Below are positions 41,431-50,918 of a stretch of DNA of 63,054 bases, in pieces. The position numbers were made by a program, and so were the translations under genes. Under the pieces are notes generated by a model. The model saw nothing but the letters and a program-made list of their open reading frames with translations, made no database searches and was not told where the DNA came from. Each line of letters begins with the position of its first letter. The first letter of the stretch is position 1. Location: positions 104,471 to 167,524 of the forward strand of contig JAXSPP010000003.1 of NCBI GenBank assembly GCA_037927135.1. The letters are read 5' to 3'. Source of the stretch: Candidatus Pampinifervens sinense. Lineage in GTDB: Bacteria; Aquificota; Aquificia; Aquificales; Aquificaceae.

Positions 41431-43344
41431 ATGGTAAAGGTAAGGGTAAACGGAAAAGAGATAAGCGTAGAGAAGGGCACACCACTTGGAGAGGTCTTTA
41501 GGTCCCTTGGCATAGATGGAGCCATAGGCGCAAAGGCTGGATCAAAGCTCATAGACCTTCTCACACCCATAAGGGAAGACATAGAGATCACACCCATCTA
41601 TAAAGAGGATCCAGAGAGCCTTGAGATAATGAGGCATACCCTTTCCCACATAATGGCACAGGCCCTAAAGGAGATATATGGCTATGATAAGGTCCATCTG
41701 GGGGTTGGTCCAACCACAGAGGATGGTTTTTATTACGATGTGGAAGTGGAGGGACACACCATAAGCTCTGAGGACCTGCCCAAGATAGAAGAGAAGATGA
41801 GGGAGATAATAAGGAAAGACTATCCCATATTCAGAAGGGAGGTGGAAAGGGAAGAAGCCATAAAGATCTTTTCCGAGCTAAAGGAAAAGTACAAGCTGGA
41901 GATAATAAACAGGATAGATGAAAAAGACATAATATCTGTTTACGGGCAGGATGGCTTTATAGACCTTTGCAGGGGTCCCCATGTGCCCTCAACGGGTATG
42001 GTGGGAGAGTTTAAGCTCACCCATGTGGCCGGTGCCTACTGGATGGGAGACTCCTCCAGGCCCATGCTTCAGAGGATATACGGCATAGCCTTTTGGAGCA
42101 AAGAAGAGCTGGAAGAGAGGCTAAGGCTCTATGAGGAGGCAAAAAAGAGGGACCACAGAAAACTTGGGAAAGAGCTGGAGCTCTTCCTTATAGATGAAGA
42201 CATTGGCGCAGGCCTTGTGCTTTGGCTTCCAAAGGGGGCAATCCTGAGAAAGACCCTTGAGGACTACTGGAAGGAAGAACATATAAAGAGAGGCTACCAG
42301 CTTGTCTATACTCCCCATGTGGGAAACGCAAAGCTTTGGCAAACAAGCGGACACCTTGACTACTACAGGCCCAACATGTTCTCTCCTATGGAGATAGAAA
42401 ATGAGGAATACTTTGTAAAGCCTATGAACTGTCCTTTCCACATAGCCATCTATAAGAGCAAGGTAAGGAGCTATAAAGAACTTCCCTTAAAGCTTGCAGA
42501 GCTTGGCACAGTCTACAGGTATGAGATGTCGGGAGTTTTGCACGGCCTTATGAGGGTAAGAGGCTTTACACAGGACGATGCCCATATCATATGCACGCCA
42601 GAGCAGGTGGAAGAGGTAATAGAGGAGACATTACAGTTTGCCATAGATATGCTAAGGTCCTTTGGCTTTGAAGACTTTAAGGTTTACATATCCACCAGGC
42701 CAGAGGATGCCATAGGTTCAGAGGAGCAGTGGCAGTTGGCAGAGGGTGCCCTAAAAAAGGCTGTGGAAAAGTGGGGTCTTGAGTATGAGATAGATGAGGG
42801 TGGTGGGGCCTTCTATGGGCCCAAGATAGACATAAAGATAAAAGATGCCATAGGAAGGCTTTGGCAGTGTTCCACCATACAGTTTGACTTTAACCTTCCA
42901 GAAAGGTTTGATATGGAGTATGTGGGGCCAGACAACAGAAGGCACAGGCCCTATATGATACATAGAGCCATCTTTGGGTCCATTGAAAGGTTTGTTGGAA
43001 TCCTTTTAGAGCATTATGCTGGGCTTTTGCCTTTGTGGCTATCTCCAGTGCAGGTAAAGGTAATTCCCGTTTCACCAGAAAAGCATGGGGATTATGCAAG
43101 GGAGGTGGAGTCTAAGCTAAAAGAAAAAGGAATAAGGGTGGAGTTGGATATGAGGGAGGAGAGGCTGGGTGCCCGCATAAGGGATGCGGAGATCCAGAAG
43201 GTACCCTACGTGGTAGTTTTGGGAGACAAGGAGGTGGAAAGCGGAAACCTGTCGGTCAGGAGCAAAAAGGAGGGGAACCTTGGGACCATGTCCTTGGAAG
43301 GCTTTTTGAGTATGCTTCTTGAAAAGATTAGCAAAAGGGAGTAA
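41431..43344 (+). CDS. thrS: Threonyl-tRNA synthetase
   Basis: HTLSH editing motif, DLCRGPH, RDHRKLG, KPMNCP, RVRGFTQDDAH, HRAIFGSIERF. Confidence 0.99.
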   Translation: MVKVRVNGKEISVEKGTPLGEVFRSLGIDGAIGAKAGSKLIDLLTPIREDIEITPIYKEDPESLEIMRHTLSHIMAQALKEIYGYDKVHLGVGPTTEDGFYYDVEVEGHTISSEDLPKIEEKMREIIRKDYPIFRREVEREEAIKIFSELKEKYKLEIINRIDEKDIISVYGQDGFIDLCRGPHVPSTGMVGEFKLTHVAGAYWMGDSSRPMLQRIYGIAFWSKEELEERLRLYEEAKKRDHRKLGKELELFLIDEDIGAGLVLWLPKGAILRKTLEDYWKEEHIKRGYQLVYTPHVGNAKLWQTSGHLDYYRPNMFSPMEIENEEYFVKPMNCPFHIAIYKSKVRSYKELPLKLAELGTVYRYEMSGVLHGLMRVRGFTQDDAHIICTPEQVEEVIEETLQFAIDMLRSFGFEDFKVYISTRPEDAIGSEEQWQLAEGALKKAVEKWGLEYEIDEGGGAFYGPKIDIKIKDAIGRLWQCSTIQFDFNLPERFDMEYVGPDNRRHRPYMIHRAIFGSIERFVGILLEHYAGLLPLWLSPVQVKVIPVSPEKHGDYAREVESKLKEKGIRVELDMREERLGARIRDAEIQKVPYVVVLGDKEVESGNLSVRSKKEGNLGTMSLEGFLSMLLEKISKRE

Positions 43345-44120
43345 TGATAGGTAGGGTGGCCATACACATATCGGAGGAGGACAGTAGCTATCTAAAGTAT
43401 GTCAAAGATCTAACATCGCGCCTTAGCGTAGTTCCAGATTTTATATACTTGGAGGAGGAATATCTGTTTAGCCTATTTGTGAGGCCTTTGGAAGAGAGGC
43501 AGTGGAGTATGAGAAGGCACATAGAGGAGTTCTTTGAGAACTATAACTTTTATACCTTTCTTGGTAGGGATGATAGCACGCTTACACACCTTCAAGAGAG
43601 CTATGATCTCCTTTTTGTAAAGTATAAAAAACACTTCTTTGGTAAGTCTATGCCCGAATGGCTTTTGGCAAAAACGGAAAACATAAGGCTTTGGGTTTAT
43701 AAAGATGGTGGAAGCTCTCATATAAGGAAAGTTTGTCTTCCTGTGGACTTTTCTGAAAGGACCATAAGGCAGGTGGAGTTTGTAGAGTATTTAAAAAAGT
43801 TCTTTGACTTTGATTATGAGCTTGTGCATGCTATGAACGTAGGAAGGCTAAAGGACAAGCTAAGCAAGAGGGATTACGATAAGAGCCTTTCTGACAAAAG
43901 GGAAGAGGTAAAACAACTCTACATGGATATGTTTGCGGAAAAAAGGATAAACATAACAGTCCTTGAGGGGGACCCATACAAGGATATGGTAAGGTATATA
44001 AACTCTTCCGACTATGACCTTGTGGTTGTGGGCAGGAGGGGTAAGGGCATGAGGGAGAGGATAGGAAGCGTATCCCTTCATATGGCGAGGAGCTTAAAAT
44101 GCCCAGTGGTTGTCCTATAA
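43344..44120 (+). CDS. Universal stress protein (tandem USP-like)
   Basis: KVCLPVDFSE and DLVVVGRRG...IGSVS...CPVVVL. Confidence 0.85.
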   Translation: MIGRVAIHISEEDSSYLKYVKDLTSRLSVVPDFIYLEEEYLFSLFVRPLEERQWSMRRHIEEFFENYNFYTFLGRDDSTLTHLQESYDLLFVKYKKHFFGKSMPEWLLAKTENIRLWVYKDGGSSHIRKVCLPVDFSERTIRQVEFVEYLKKFFDFDYELVHAMNVGRLKDKLSKRDYDKSLSDKREEVKQLYMDMFAEKRINITVLEGDPYKDMVRYINSSDYDLVVVGRRGKGMRERIGSVSLHMARSLKCPVVVL

Positions 44121-44758
44121 GCACCTTTGCCAAGCTTTTCCTTGCGCCCTTTTGCCCTATAACAAAGACTATCTTTAAAAAGGTCTTTAGAATAGAAGTC
44201 TACGGCCTTGAAAACATACCAGAAGGCCCATGTATAGTGGCAAGCAACCACAGGAGCCATCTTGATCCGCCAGTATTGAATGCAGTCTTTCCACAGCCCC
44301 TTTGGTTCCTCGCCAAGGAGGAGCTCTTTAGGGTTCCCATACTTGGCAGGCTCCTTCCCCATATGGGAGCCCTGCCGGTAAAAAGGGGTTCTGGAGACCT
44401 AGAGGTTTTGGAGCTTGCCATGGAGCTTATGCATTTTGGCTGTAAGGTATGCATATTTCCAGAAGGCACAAGGGCAAGGCCAGGGGAGTTTTTAAAGCCC
44501 AAGCTGGGTGTGGGCCTTTTGGCCATAAAGAGTCAGAGGCCCGTTTTGCCCGTCTACATTGAAGGCACAGACATGGTCTTTCCAAAGGGTGCCAAATTCC
44601 CGAAGCCTGGCCATCCCATAAGGGTCTTTATTGGGAAAAGCAAGGTATACCATGGCGAAGAAAGCCCAAGGGAATACAGAAGGGTGGCGGAGGAGATAAT
44701 GGAGAGCATAAAGGAGCTTGCCTATGCCAAAGGTGGTGTGCATAGTAGGATACCATAA
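44099..44758 (+). CDS. plsC: 1-acyl-sn-glycerol-3-phosphate acyltransferase
   Basis: SNHRSHLDP (HX4D), FLAKEELF, IFPEGTR. Confidence 0.92.
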   Translation: MPSGCPISTFAKLFLAPFCPITKTIFKKVFRIEVYGLENIPEGPCIVASNHRSHLDPPVLNAVFPQPLWFLAKEELFRVPILGRLLPHMGALPVKRGSGDLEVLELAMELMHFGCKVCIFPEGTRARPGEFLKPKLGVGLLAIKSQRPVLPVYIEGTDMVFPKGAKFPKPGHPIRVFIGKSKVYHGEESPREYRRVAEEIMESIKELAYAKGGVHSRIP

Positions 44759-45134
44759 CTCGGGAAAGACAAGCTTAATAGAGAGGCTAATACCGGAGCT
44801 TGAAAGGAGGGGCTATAGGGTGGGCTACATAAAGCATGACCCAAAGGGGCATGGCATCACCGACAAGGAAGGAAGCGATACAGACAGAATATTTAGGCTT
44901 TTGAATAAGGTTGCCCTTATCTCTCCACAGAAGCTTACCCTTTGGGAGAAGAGGGAAGATGATCCACTGAAGATTGTAGAAGAATACTTCTCCGATTGCC
45001 ACATTGTTATCCTTGAGGGCTGGAAGTCTTTGGAGGGTGTTAAAAAGGTTGTGGTGGGAGACCTAGAAGTAGAAGGCCTTAGGGTAAAAGGACTTGAGGA
45101 TCTGGACAAGCTTGTGGATTTTATACTGGAGTGA
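44724..45134 (+). CDS. mobB: Molybdopterin-guanine dinucleotide biosynthesis protein B
   Basis: VGYHNSGKT, GYIKHD, DKEGSDT, ILEGWK. Confidence 0.88.
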   Translation: MPKVVCIVGYHNSGKTSLIERLIPELERRGYRVGYIKHDPKGHGITDKEGSDTDRIFRLLNKVALISPQKLTLWEKREDDPLKIVEEYFSDCHIVILEGWKSLEGVKKVVVGDLEVEGLRVKGLEDLDKLVDFILE

Positions 45135-45148
45135 TTTAGACTATATAT

Positions 45149-46054
45149 ATGCTCAAAATTAAAGTTCCTGCAAGCACGAGCAACTTTGGTGCTGGCTTTG
45201 ATGCCTTTGGCCTTGCCCTAAGCCTTTACAATGAGTTTTATGTGGAGCCTTCCGATTCCTATAATGTCCAGATAGAAGGCGAGGGCCTAAACCTTCCCAC
45301 CGATGAGGAAAACCTGTTTATAAAGGTATACAAAAGGGCTTGTAAGACCCTTGGCGAGGAAGAAGTTCCCATAAGCCTCAAACAGATAAACCGTGTGCCC
45401 ACTGCAAGGGGCCTTGGCTCTTCCGCCACTGCCATAGTGGGTGGCATACTGGCATGCCAAGCCTTGCATGGCCTTGATATAAGCCTTGAGGAAAAGCTAA
45501 AAATAGCCTTTGAGTTTGAAAGGCATCCCGACAACCTTCTTCCTGCTTTTCTTGGTGGCTTTGTGGTATGCGCAAGCACGGAGGAAGGGGTAAAGTTCAT
45601 AAGGCTTGACTTTCCAAAGGAGATAAAGGTGGTGGTCTGCGTGCCAGACTTTGAGCTTTCCACAGAGAAGGCAAGGGAAGTAATAAAGAAGGAAGTGAGT
45701 CTAAAGGATGCAGTCTTTAACCTTCAGAGGTCAGCTCTTTTTGTGGCAAGCCTATTATCAAAGAACTTTGAACTTTTAAAGGAGGCTGTAAAGGACAGGC
45801 TCCACCAGCCTTACAGGGCCCATCTTATTCCGGGCTTTTGGCAGGTGTTGGAAGAGGCCTACAAGTTTGGAGCCTTGGCCGTCTTTTTGAGCGGTGCTGG
45901 CCCCTCTGTGGCAAGCTTGTGCCTTGATAAGATGGAGGAAGTAGGCAATGCCATGGTAAAAGCCTTTGAAGATGCCGGTGTAAAGGCAAAATACATGGTG
46001 CTTGAGGTGGCAGAAGGGGGAGCCTCGGTAGAGTATGAAGGTTCTAACCCTTGA
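45149..46054 (+). CDS. thrB: Homoserine kinase
   Basis: VPASTSNFGAGFD, PTARGLGSSA, ERHPDN, DRLHQPYR, LSGAGP. Confidence 0.96.
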   Translation: MLKIKVPASTSNFGAGFDAFGLALSLYNEFYVEPSDSYNVQIEGEGLNLPTDEENLFIKVYKRACKTLGEEEVPISLKQINRVPTARGLGSSATAIVGGILACQALHGLDISLEEKLKIAFEFERHPDNLLPAFLGGFVVCASTEEGVKFIRLDFPKEIKVVVCVPDFELSTEKAREVIKKEVSLKDAVFNLQRSALFVASLLSKNFELLKEAVKDRLHQPYRAHLIPGFWQVLEEAYKFGALAVFLSGAGPSVASLCLDKMEEVGNAMVKAFEDAGVKAKYMVLEVAEGGASVEYEGSNP

Positions 46055-46715
46055 TGTGGGAAATACATCGGTGGATGTGTGCCTTTTTGAGAGGGAGCTA
46101 AGGTATATAGGAAAGTTTGAGCATGACAAGGTGCCTTATATTGAGGCAGACCTTGTGCTTGTGTCTTCTGTGAGGCCCTCCGCAGAGGCATACATAAGGG
46201 AGAGGTATCCTAAGGCAAGGTTCATAAGGGCAAAGGATGTGCCTCTGGAGGTTGCCTTTGAGGGAAAGGAAAAGGTAGGAGTGGACAGGCTTCTAAACCT
46301 CTATGGTGCTGTAAGCTTTTACAACAAGGATGTGGTGGTGGTAAGCGCCGGCACAGCCTTGGTGGTAGACCTTGCCATAGATGGCATCTTTCAAGGTGGC
46401 TTTATAACCTTGGGCATAGGTTCTGGCCTTGAATGCCTCTCCAAAAAAGCAGAACTCATTCCCAAGATAGACTTAAGGTCTATAAAGGTAAGCATTGGGA
46501 AAAACACCGAAGAGGCCATCCTTGGAGGTTTTATAAACCAAGCCAAAGCCTTCATCTCAAAGTGTTTGGAAAGCTGGCAGGAAGACTACAAAAGGAGCTT
46601 AAAGCTCATAATAACGGGTGGCGATGGATGGCTCTTTGAGGACCTTGGAATCTATGACCCTTTGCTTATTCACAAGAGCCTCCTTGCTTTAAGCTCTCAT
46701 AGTAGCCCTTTATAA
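46035..46715 (+). CDS. coaX: Type III pantothenate kinase
   Basis: [26 protein letters not shown]. Confidence 0.92.
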   Translation: MKVLTLDVGNTSVDVCLFERELRYIGKFEHDKVPYIEADLVLVSSVRPSAEAYIRERYPKARFIRAKDVPLEVAFEGKEKVGVDRLLNLYGAVSFYNKDVVVVSAGTALVVDLAIDGIFQGGFITLGIGSGLECLSKKAELIPKIDLRSIKVSIGKNTEEAILGGFINQAKAFISKCLESWQEDYKRSLKLIITGGDGWLFEDLGIYDPLLIHKSLLALSSHSSPL

Positions 46716-48204
46716 ACTCCACCGCCTCCTCCCTTGTGCTCACCCTTCCCTCAAGCTGTGCTTTTTCTAAGGCTTTTTTTATCTCCCCCACCAGTGGGCC
46801 AGGCCCTATGCCTAGTATCTCCATTATCTCATGGCCGTTCAAAAGGGGCTTTGTGGGAATCTTGGAGAGCTTTTCCCTCTTGTAGCTTATAAGGTCATGA
46901 ATAGTCTTTAAAAGCTTTCCTATCTCCTCCTCCTCATCTCCGCTTCCTATGGCATCCGCTATGGCATGCAGGAAAAGGTGGCTTGCTATATCTTGGCACT
47001 CCCTCCAGAAGTTGGCCCTTCCCCTATCTGTTAGCTGGCCCTTAAAGAGGGACTCCCTAAGATAAAAGGGCCTTAAATGCTCTTCCACAAGCCTTGAGAC
47101 AAACTTGGTGGCAGACTCACCCCACTTATAAATCTTTCCATACTCTTGAACTATTTTGGCACCCAGCTTATCATGGCCGTAAAAGGTGACCTTTCCATCC
47201 CTTATCTCAAAGGTGTGTGGTTTGGCAATATCGTGGAAGAGGGCAGAAAGCTTTAAAAGCTCTATGTCGGAAAACTCACCAAGGACCTCCATCTTTCCAA
47301 AGTCTTCCAAAAGCTCCGCAGGAAGGTAGACATCCCTCTCTTCTATAACCCTCTCTAAGGCCTCCATTACCTTAAAGACATGCTCCTCAAGGGGGTATAT
47401 GTGGTGTTCTCCTTGGTCTTTTACTTCCTTCCACCTTTCCGTGTCTGGGAAAAGCATCTGAAGCACGCCGTGCTTATAGAGGTCTTTTAAAATCCTGTGG
47501 CTTTCCTTGTGTCTTAAGATCTTGAAAAGCTCAAGGCTTATCCTTTCTACAGGCGCCTTCTTTATAAGGTGTCTTTTCCTTTCTACAAATTCATAGAAAT
47601 CTTCCGTCAGGCTTAGCCTCTTTTCCACTGCTAGGCGAAAGCCCCTTATTATCCTTACTGGGTCTTCTTCGAGGTTTTTGAGAGATATGGGCCTCAAAAG
47701 GCCTTGCTCTAGGTCCTCTATGCCGTGGGCTGGGTCGTAGATGATGGTCTGCTTGGCACCTATGCTAAGAAGGTCATCAATGCTCACAGCCATGGCGTTG
47801 GCGCTAAAATCCCTTGAAAGAAGGTCCTCTATGAGGGCCTTCTCTATATCCTTGCCCTTTATCTGGGCAAAGTCAAAACGGTATTTGTATGGGGGAAGTC
47901 TTAAAACCACTGTGGCTATGGTGGGCCTTCTCAAAAGACCCTTCTTTTCAAACTCAAAGTAAGACCCTCCTATCCTCTCTGCCAGCTTTTTTGCCACTTC
48001 CCTTGGGTCGCAGGTCACCAAAAGGTCTATGTCTATGTGATAGCCCACAGGCTCACCCAGTATCCTGTCCCTTACCCATCCACCCACCACAAAGCAGTAA
48101 GCCTCCCTTGGAAGCACCTTAGCTATATCGTCAAAGTAGGTCATGTAGAAGTTTAGCCCATGGGCCGTATGCTTTATTCCCTTTTCAAAGATTGCCTCCT
48201 GCAT
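46666..48204 (-). CDS. CC-adding tRNA nucleotidyltransferase (class II, HD domain)
   Basis: VGGWVRD...DID, RDFSANA, DPVRIIR, FHDIAKP; 512 aa, closely resembling (from recall) the Aquifex CC-adding enzyme. Confidence 0.85.
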   Translation of the reverse strand: MQEAIFEKGIKHTAHGLNFYMTYFDDIAKVLPREAYCFVVGGWVRDRILGEPVGYHIDIDLLVTCDPREVAKKLAERIGGSYFEFEKKGLLRRPTIATVVLRLPPYKYRFDFAQIKGKDIEKALIEDLLSRDFSANAMAVSIDDLLSIGAKQTIIYDPAHGIEDLEQGLLRPISLKNLEEDPVRIIRGFRLAVEKRLSLTEDFYEFVERKRHLIKKAPVERISLELFKILRHKESHRILKDLYKHGVLQMLFPDTERWKEVKDQGEHHIYPLEEHVFKVMEALERVIEERDVYLPAELLEDFGKMEVLGEFSDIELLKLSALFHDIAKPHTFEIRDGKVTFYGHDKLGAKIVQEYGKIYKWGESATKFVSRLVEEHLRPFYLRESLFKGQLTDRGRANFWRECQDIASHLFLHAIADAIGSGDEEEEIGKLLKTIHDLISYKREKLSKIPTKPLLNGHEIMEILGIGPGPLVGEIKKALEKAQLEGRVSTREEAVEFIKGYYESLKQGGSCE

Positions 48205-48221
48205 GTTATTAAAGTATACCC

Positions 48222-48254
48222 CTTAACCAAATCTTAACAATAACCCTTTATATT
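48222..48254 (+). promoter_or_regulatory. Pho-box-like 11-bp direct repeat plus -10 box upstream of the V4R/MglBA operon
   Basis: CTTAACCAAATCTTAACAAT (48222-48241), 7 nt, TATATT (48249-48254); same 20-mer and same spacing upstream of pstS. Confidence 0.75.
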
Positions 48255-48277
48255 CTCACTTTGGAAGGAGGTGAGCC

Positions 48278-48718
48278 ATGGAGTTCCTTGATGAGGAAAA
48301 GCTTTTAAAAGCCCTCTTTGATGGCATAGAGGAGTTGGCTGGAGATAAGGCAAAAAGGACTTTTCAAAGAATGCTCCAAGAGATGGAAGGGCAGGACAGC
48401 ATGCTATCCGTGGAGAGGGCCTTAGCATACATCTTTGACAAGGCGGGCCATCCCATACTCTGGCAAATAGGCTACAGGTTGGCAAAGGATGAGGCTTTGA
48501 GTCAAGGCCCCAGGATTTTTGAAAGGGGACAATTTGTAATTGAAGTTTCAAGATGTTTCATTCGCAAGTCTTTGGTGGATACAAAGCCAATGGATGCCTT
48601 ACTTTGCTCTCTTTGTAGGGGCTATATGCAAGGGGTTGGAAAACTTCTAGGCCTCGGGAACCTTTTAGAAGCCTCACACAAAGAAGGCGTATGCCAGTTT
48701 TCCTTTGGAGGTAAGTAA
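48278..48718 (+). CDS. V4R-like small-ligand-binding protein
   Basis: QIGYRLA, FVIEVSRCF...LCSLCRGYMQG...GVCQFSF cysteine pattern; strong SD AAGGAGGTG. Confidence 0.65.
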   Translation: MEFLDEEKLLKALFDGIEELAGDKAKRTFQRMLQEMEGQDSMLSVERALAYIFDKAGHPILWQIGYRLAKDEALSQGPRIFERGQFVIEVSRCFIRKSLVDTKPMDALLCSLCRGYMQGVGKLLGLGNLLEASHKEGVCQFSFGGK

Positions 48719-48719
48719 T

Positions 48720-49169
48720 ATGGATGTGGTAGGCTACAGCCTAAAAGAAGAAGAAATAAAAGAGATAGTAAGCAAGCTTGAGGCCTTTAGAAGTTCCCTT
48801 TTCCTTGACCTTGTGGTGCTGATGGACGATGGTGGAAGGCTCATAGCCTATTCTCCTTACGTGGATGGTCAAAGGCCTATAGCCTACAGGGTGGCTGTGG
48901 TGGGTGCTGCCACGGTGGGCGCCGTTGACCAGCTTGAAAGCATCATATCCTCCAAAAGGCACATGTTCTTTGCGGGCACAGATAAAAACATGTACATCCA
49001 TGTGATAAGCCCCAAGTTCCTCTTGGCTTCTGTCTTTTCCCACAAGGTGCCCCTTGGAAGCGTAAAGCTCTTCAAAGAAAAGCTATCAAAGGACCTGGCA
49101 AGCATATTGGATAAGGCTCTTAGCAGGATGGAAAAGAAGGTGATAAGGTTTGAGGACATTGCCCTATGA
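48720..49169 (+). CDS. Roadblock/LC7 (MglB-like) protein
   Basis: VVLMDDGGRLIA and FLLASVF...VPLGSVKL typical of MglB; directly upstream of an MglA GTPase; SD GGAGGT. Confidence 0.8.
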   Translation: MDVVGYSLKEEEIKEIVSKLEAFRSSLFLDLVVLMDDGGRLIAYSPYVDGQRPIAYRVAVVGAATVGAVDQLESIISSKRHMFFAGTDKNMYIHVISPKFLLASVFSHKVPLGSVKLFKEKLSKDLASILDKALSRMEKKVIRFEDIAL

Positions 49170-49696
49170 ACCTGCGCATACTTTACCACGGCCTTGGCAT
49201 GGCTGGAAAGACTACCAACTTGGAGAAGCTACGAGAAATATACGCAGAATACGTATCAGACAGGATGCACCAGCAGACTACGGAAGGGAGGACCGTTTAC
49301 TTGGATATGCTATCTTTGAACCTGAGGACCAAGTCTGGTAATGGAGAAGTATGGATAAGCCTCTTTACCACGCCTGGGCAAGAGAGGTTTAGGTTGCTGA
49401 GGGGCTGGCTCTTTGGCCATGTGGATGGCATTGTTTTTGTTATAGATTCTAGCAGGAGCTTAGAGGAGAACCTGAGGGCCTACGAGGAGCTAAGGAAATA
49501 TGGCCTTTTGAAGGTACCCATGGTGGTGCAGGCAAACAAAAGGGATGTGCCAAACCCTTTGCCCATTGAGGTTATAAAGGAGGCCTTCAGGGGCTTCACA
49601 GTGGTGGAGGCTATAGCAAGGGAAGGGCAAGGCGTGGCAGAGACCTTCAGGGAAATACTTAGGGAGGTGCTAAATGCAAAAGCTTCTGTTGGCTAA
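49166..49696 (+). CDS. mglA: MglA-family small GTPase
   Basis: YHGLGMAGKTTN (G1), RTVYLD, FTTPGQ (MglA-type G3), DGIVFVIDS, QANKRD (G4). Confidence 0.88.
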   Translation: MNLRILYHGLGMAGKTTNLEKLREIYAEYVSDRMHQQTTEGRTVYLDMLSLNLRTKSGNGEVWISLFTTPGQERFRLLRGWLFGHVDGIVFVIDSSRSLEENLRAYEELRKYGLLKVPMVVQANKRDVPNPLPIEVIKEAFRGFTVVEAIAREGQGVAETFREILREVLNAKASVG

Positions 49697-50918
49697 CTGC
49701 ATCCTCAACCTTAGGCCCCTTTATGGTCCCTTCCACAGGGACATGATAAACGTAAGCTGGCTTGTGGAGTCTCTTAGAAGTTCTCTAAAAACTGGTTGCC
49801 TTGTGATCCAGAGGCTTGGAGAGCCAGAGTTTTTACCAGTTTTGGAAGGCATTCTAAAGGGTGATATAAGCCAAGACTTTGAGCTTATAAGCTTTTATCC
49901 CACCACGGAAAACTTTATAATTCACTCCTTTGGGCTGTATGAAAGGTATAGACTGCCACTGCACAGCGATAGGCCCCTTTGGATAAACTTGGAGAGCATA
50001 AACTTTAACACAAGGGAGTTTTTCAAAAAGCTCATAGACTTTGAGACAACGGGCTATGCAATAGTGGAAAACCGTGTAAAGCTTCAAAAGGCCTACCTTC
50101 TCCTGCAAAGGGGCCATGTGCTAAAAGCCCAATACGGAGAAGAAAAGGACCAGAGTGCACTAAAAAGACTTTTGGAGGACCTTAGCCAAGAGGTATGCAC
50201 CCTAAGGGTCTATGAACTCCCAGAAGAGATAGTGTCCTTCTTTGCCCTTGAACCAGAGTTGGCAGGAGTCTATCAGAGCTTTGAGTCTGTGCCTATTAAA
50301 AGCCTTCCAAAGACCTCCATGGTGGTAAGCGTATCCCCCGAAAGGTATGGCTATAAGGTTTATGTGGAGGGTGAAGAGGTCTTCTCAGAGGGCTTTGAAG
50401 AGGAGGCACCCTTCTTTGAGCTGTTTATCTTACCTAAGGACCTCTCTCCCATTGAGCCAATGGATGTGTTTTCCATGATTGAAGAAAAGGCCACACTCAA
50501 GGTGGTAAAGTATGACCCAAACCATCCTGTCCTTTACTTTTGCCCCGCCTGCTGGAGTGTGATCTCAAGGGAAGATATGGTCTGTCCCAACTGTGGCTAT
50601 GACCTAAAGGAGTTTCACAACCTGCCTTATGAATACAAACTCATAATGGCTTTGGAACATCCCGTAAAGGATATGAAAAGGAATGTGATATACACCATAG
50701 GGAAAAAGGACCTGGAGATGGCCATACCACACCTGGAAGTGATGATAAACAAGGAGACGGACCCCATAATCCTTATGGAGATAGCGGATGCCCTTTCAAG
50801 GATGACTTCGCCACAGGCCATAGGCCTTTTGAGGGCCCTAAGCCAGCACAGGTATCCTGTGGTAAGGTCAAGGGCCATAATGCACCTTCAAAAAAGACTA
50901 AGAAGCTTGGATGCTTGA
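49674..50918 (+). CDS. Multidomain protein: PatA-N/DUF4388-like region, zinc ribbon, HEAT repeats
   Basis: FETTGYAIV...LLLQRGHVLKA, YFCPACW...CPNCG, C-terminal HEAT-like helices. Confidence 0.65.
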   Translation: MQKLLLANCILNLRPLYGPFHRDMINVSWLVESLRSSLKTGCLVIQRLGEPEFLPVLEGILKGDISQDFELISFYPTTENFIIHSFGLYERYRLPLHSDRPLWINLESINFNTREFFKKLIDFETTGYAIVENRVKLQKAYLLLQRGHVLKAQYGEEKDQSALKRLLEDLSQEVCTLRVYELPEEIVSFFALEPELAGVYQSFESVPIKSLPKTSMVVSVSPERYGYKVYVEGEEVFSEGFEEEAPFFELFILPKDLSPIEPMDVFSMIEEKATLKVVKYDPNHPVLYFCPACWSVISREDMVCPNCGYDLKEFHNLPYEYKLIMALEHPVKDMKRNVIYTIGKKDLEMAIPHLEVMINKETDPIILMEIADALSRMTSPQAIGLLRALSQHRYPVVRSRAIMHLQKRLRSLDA

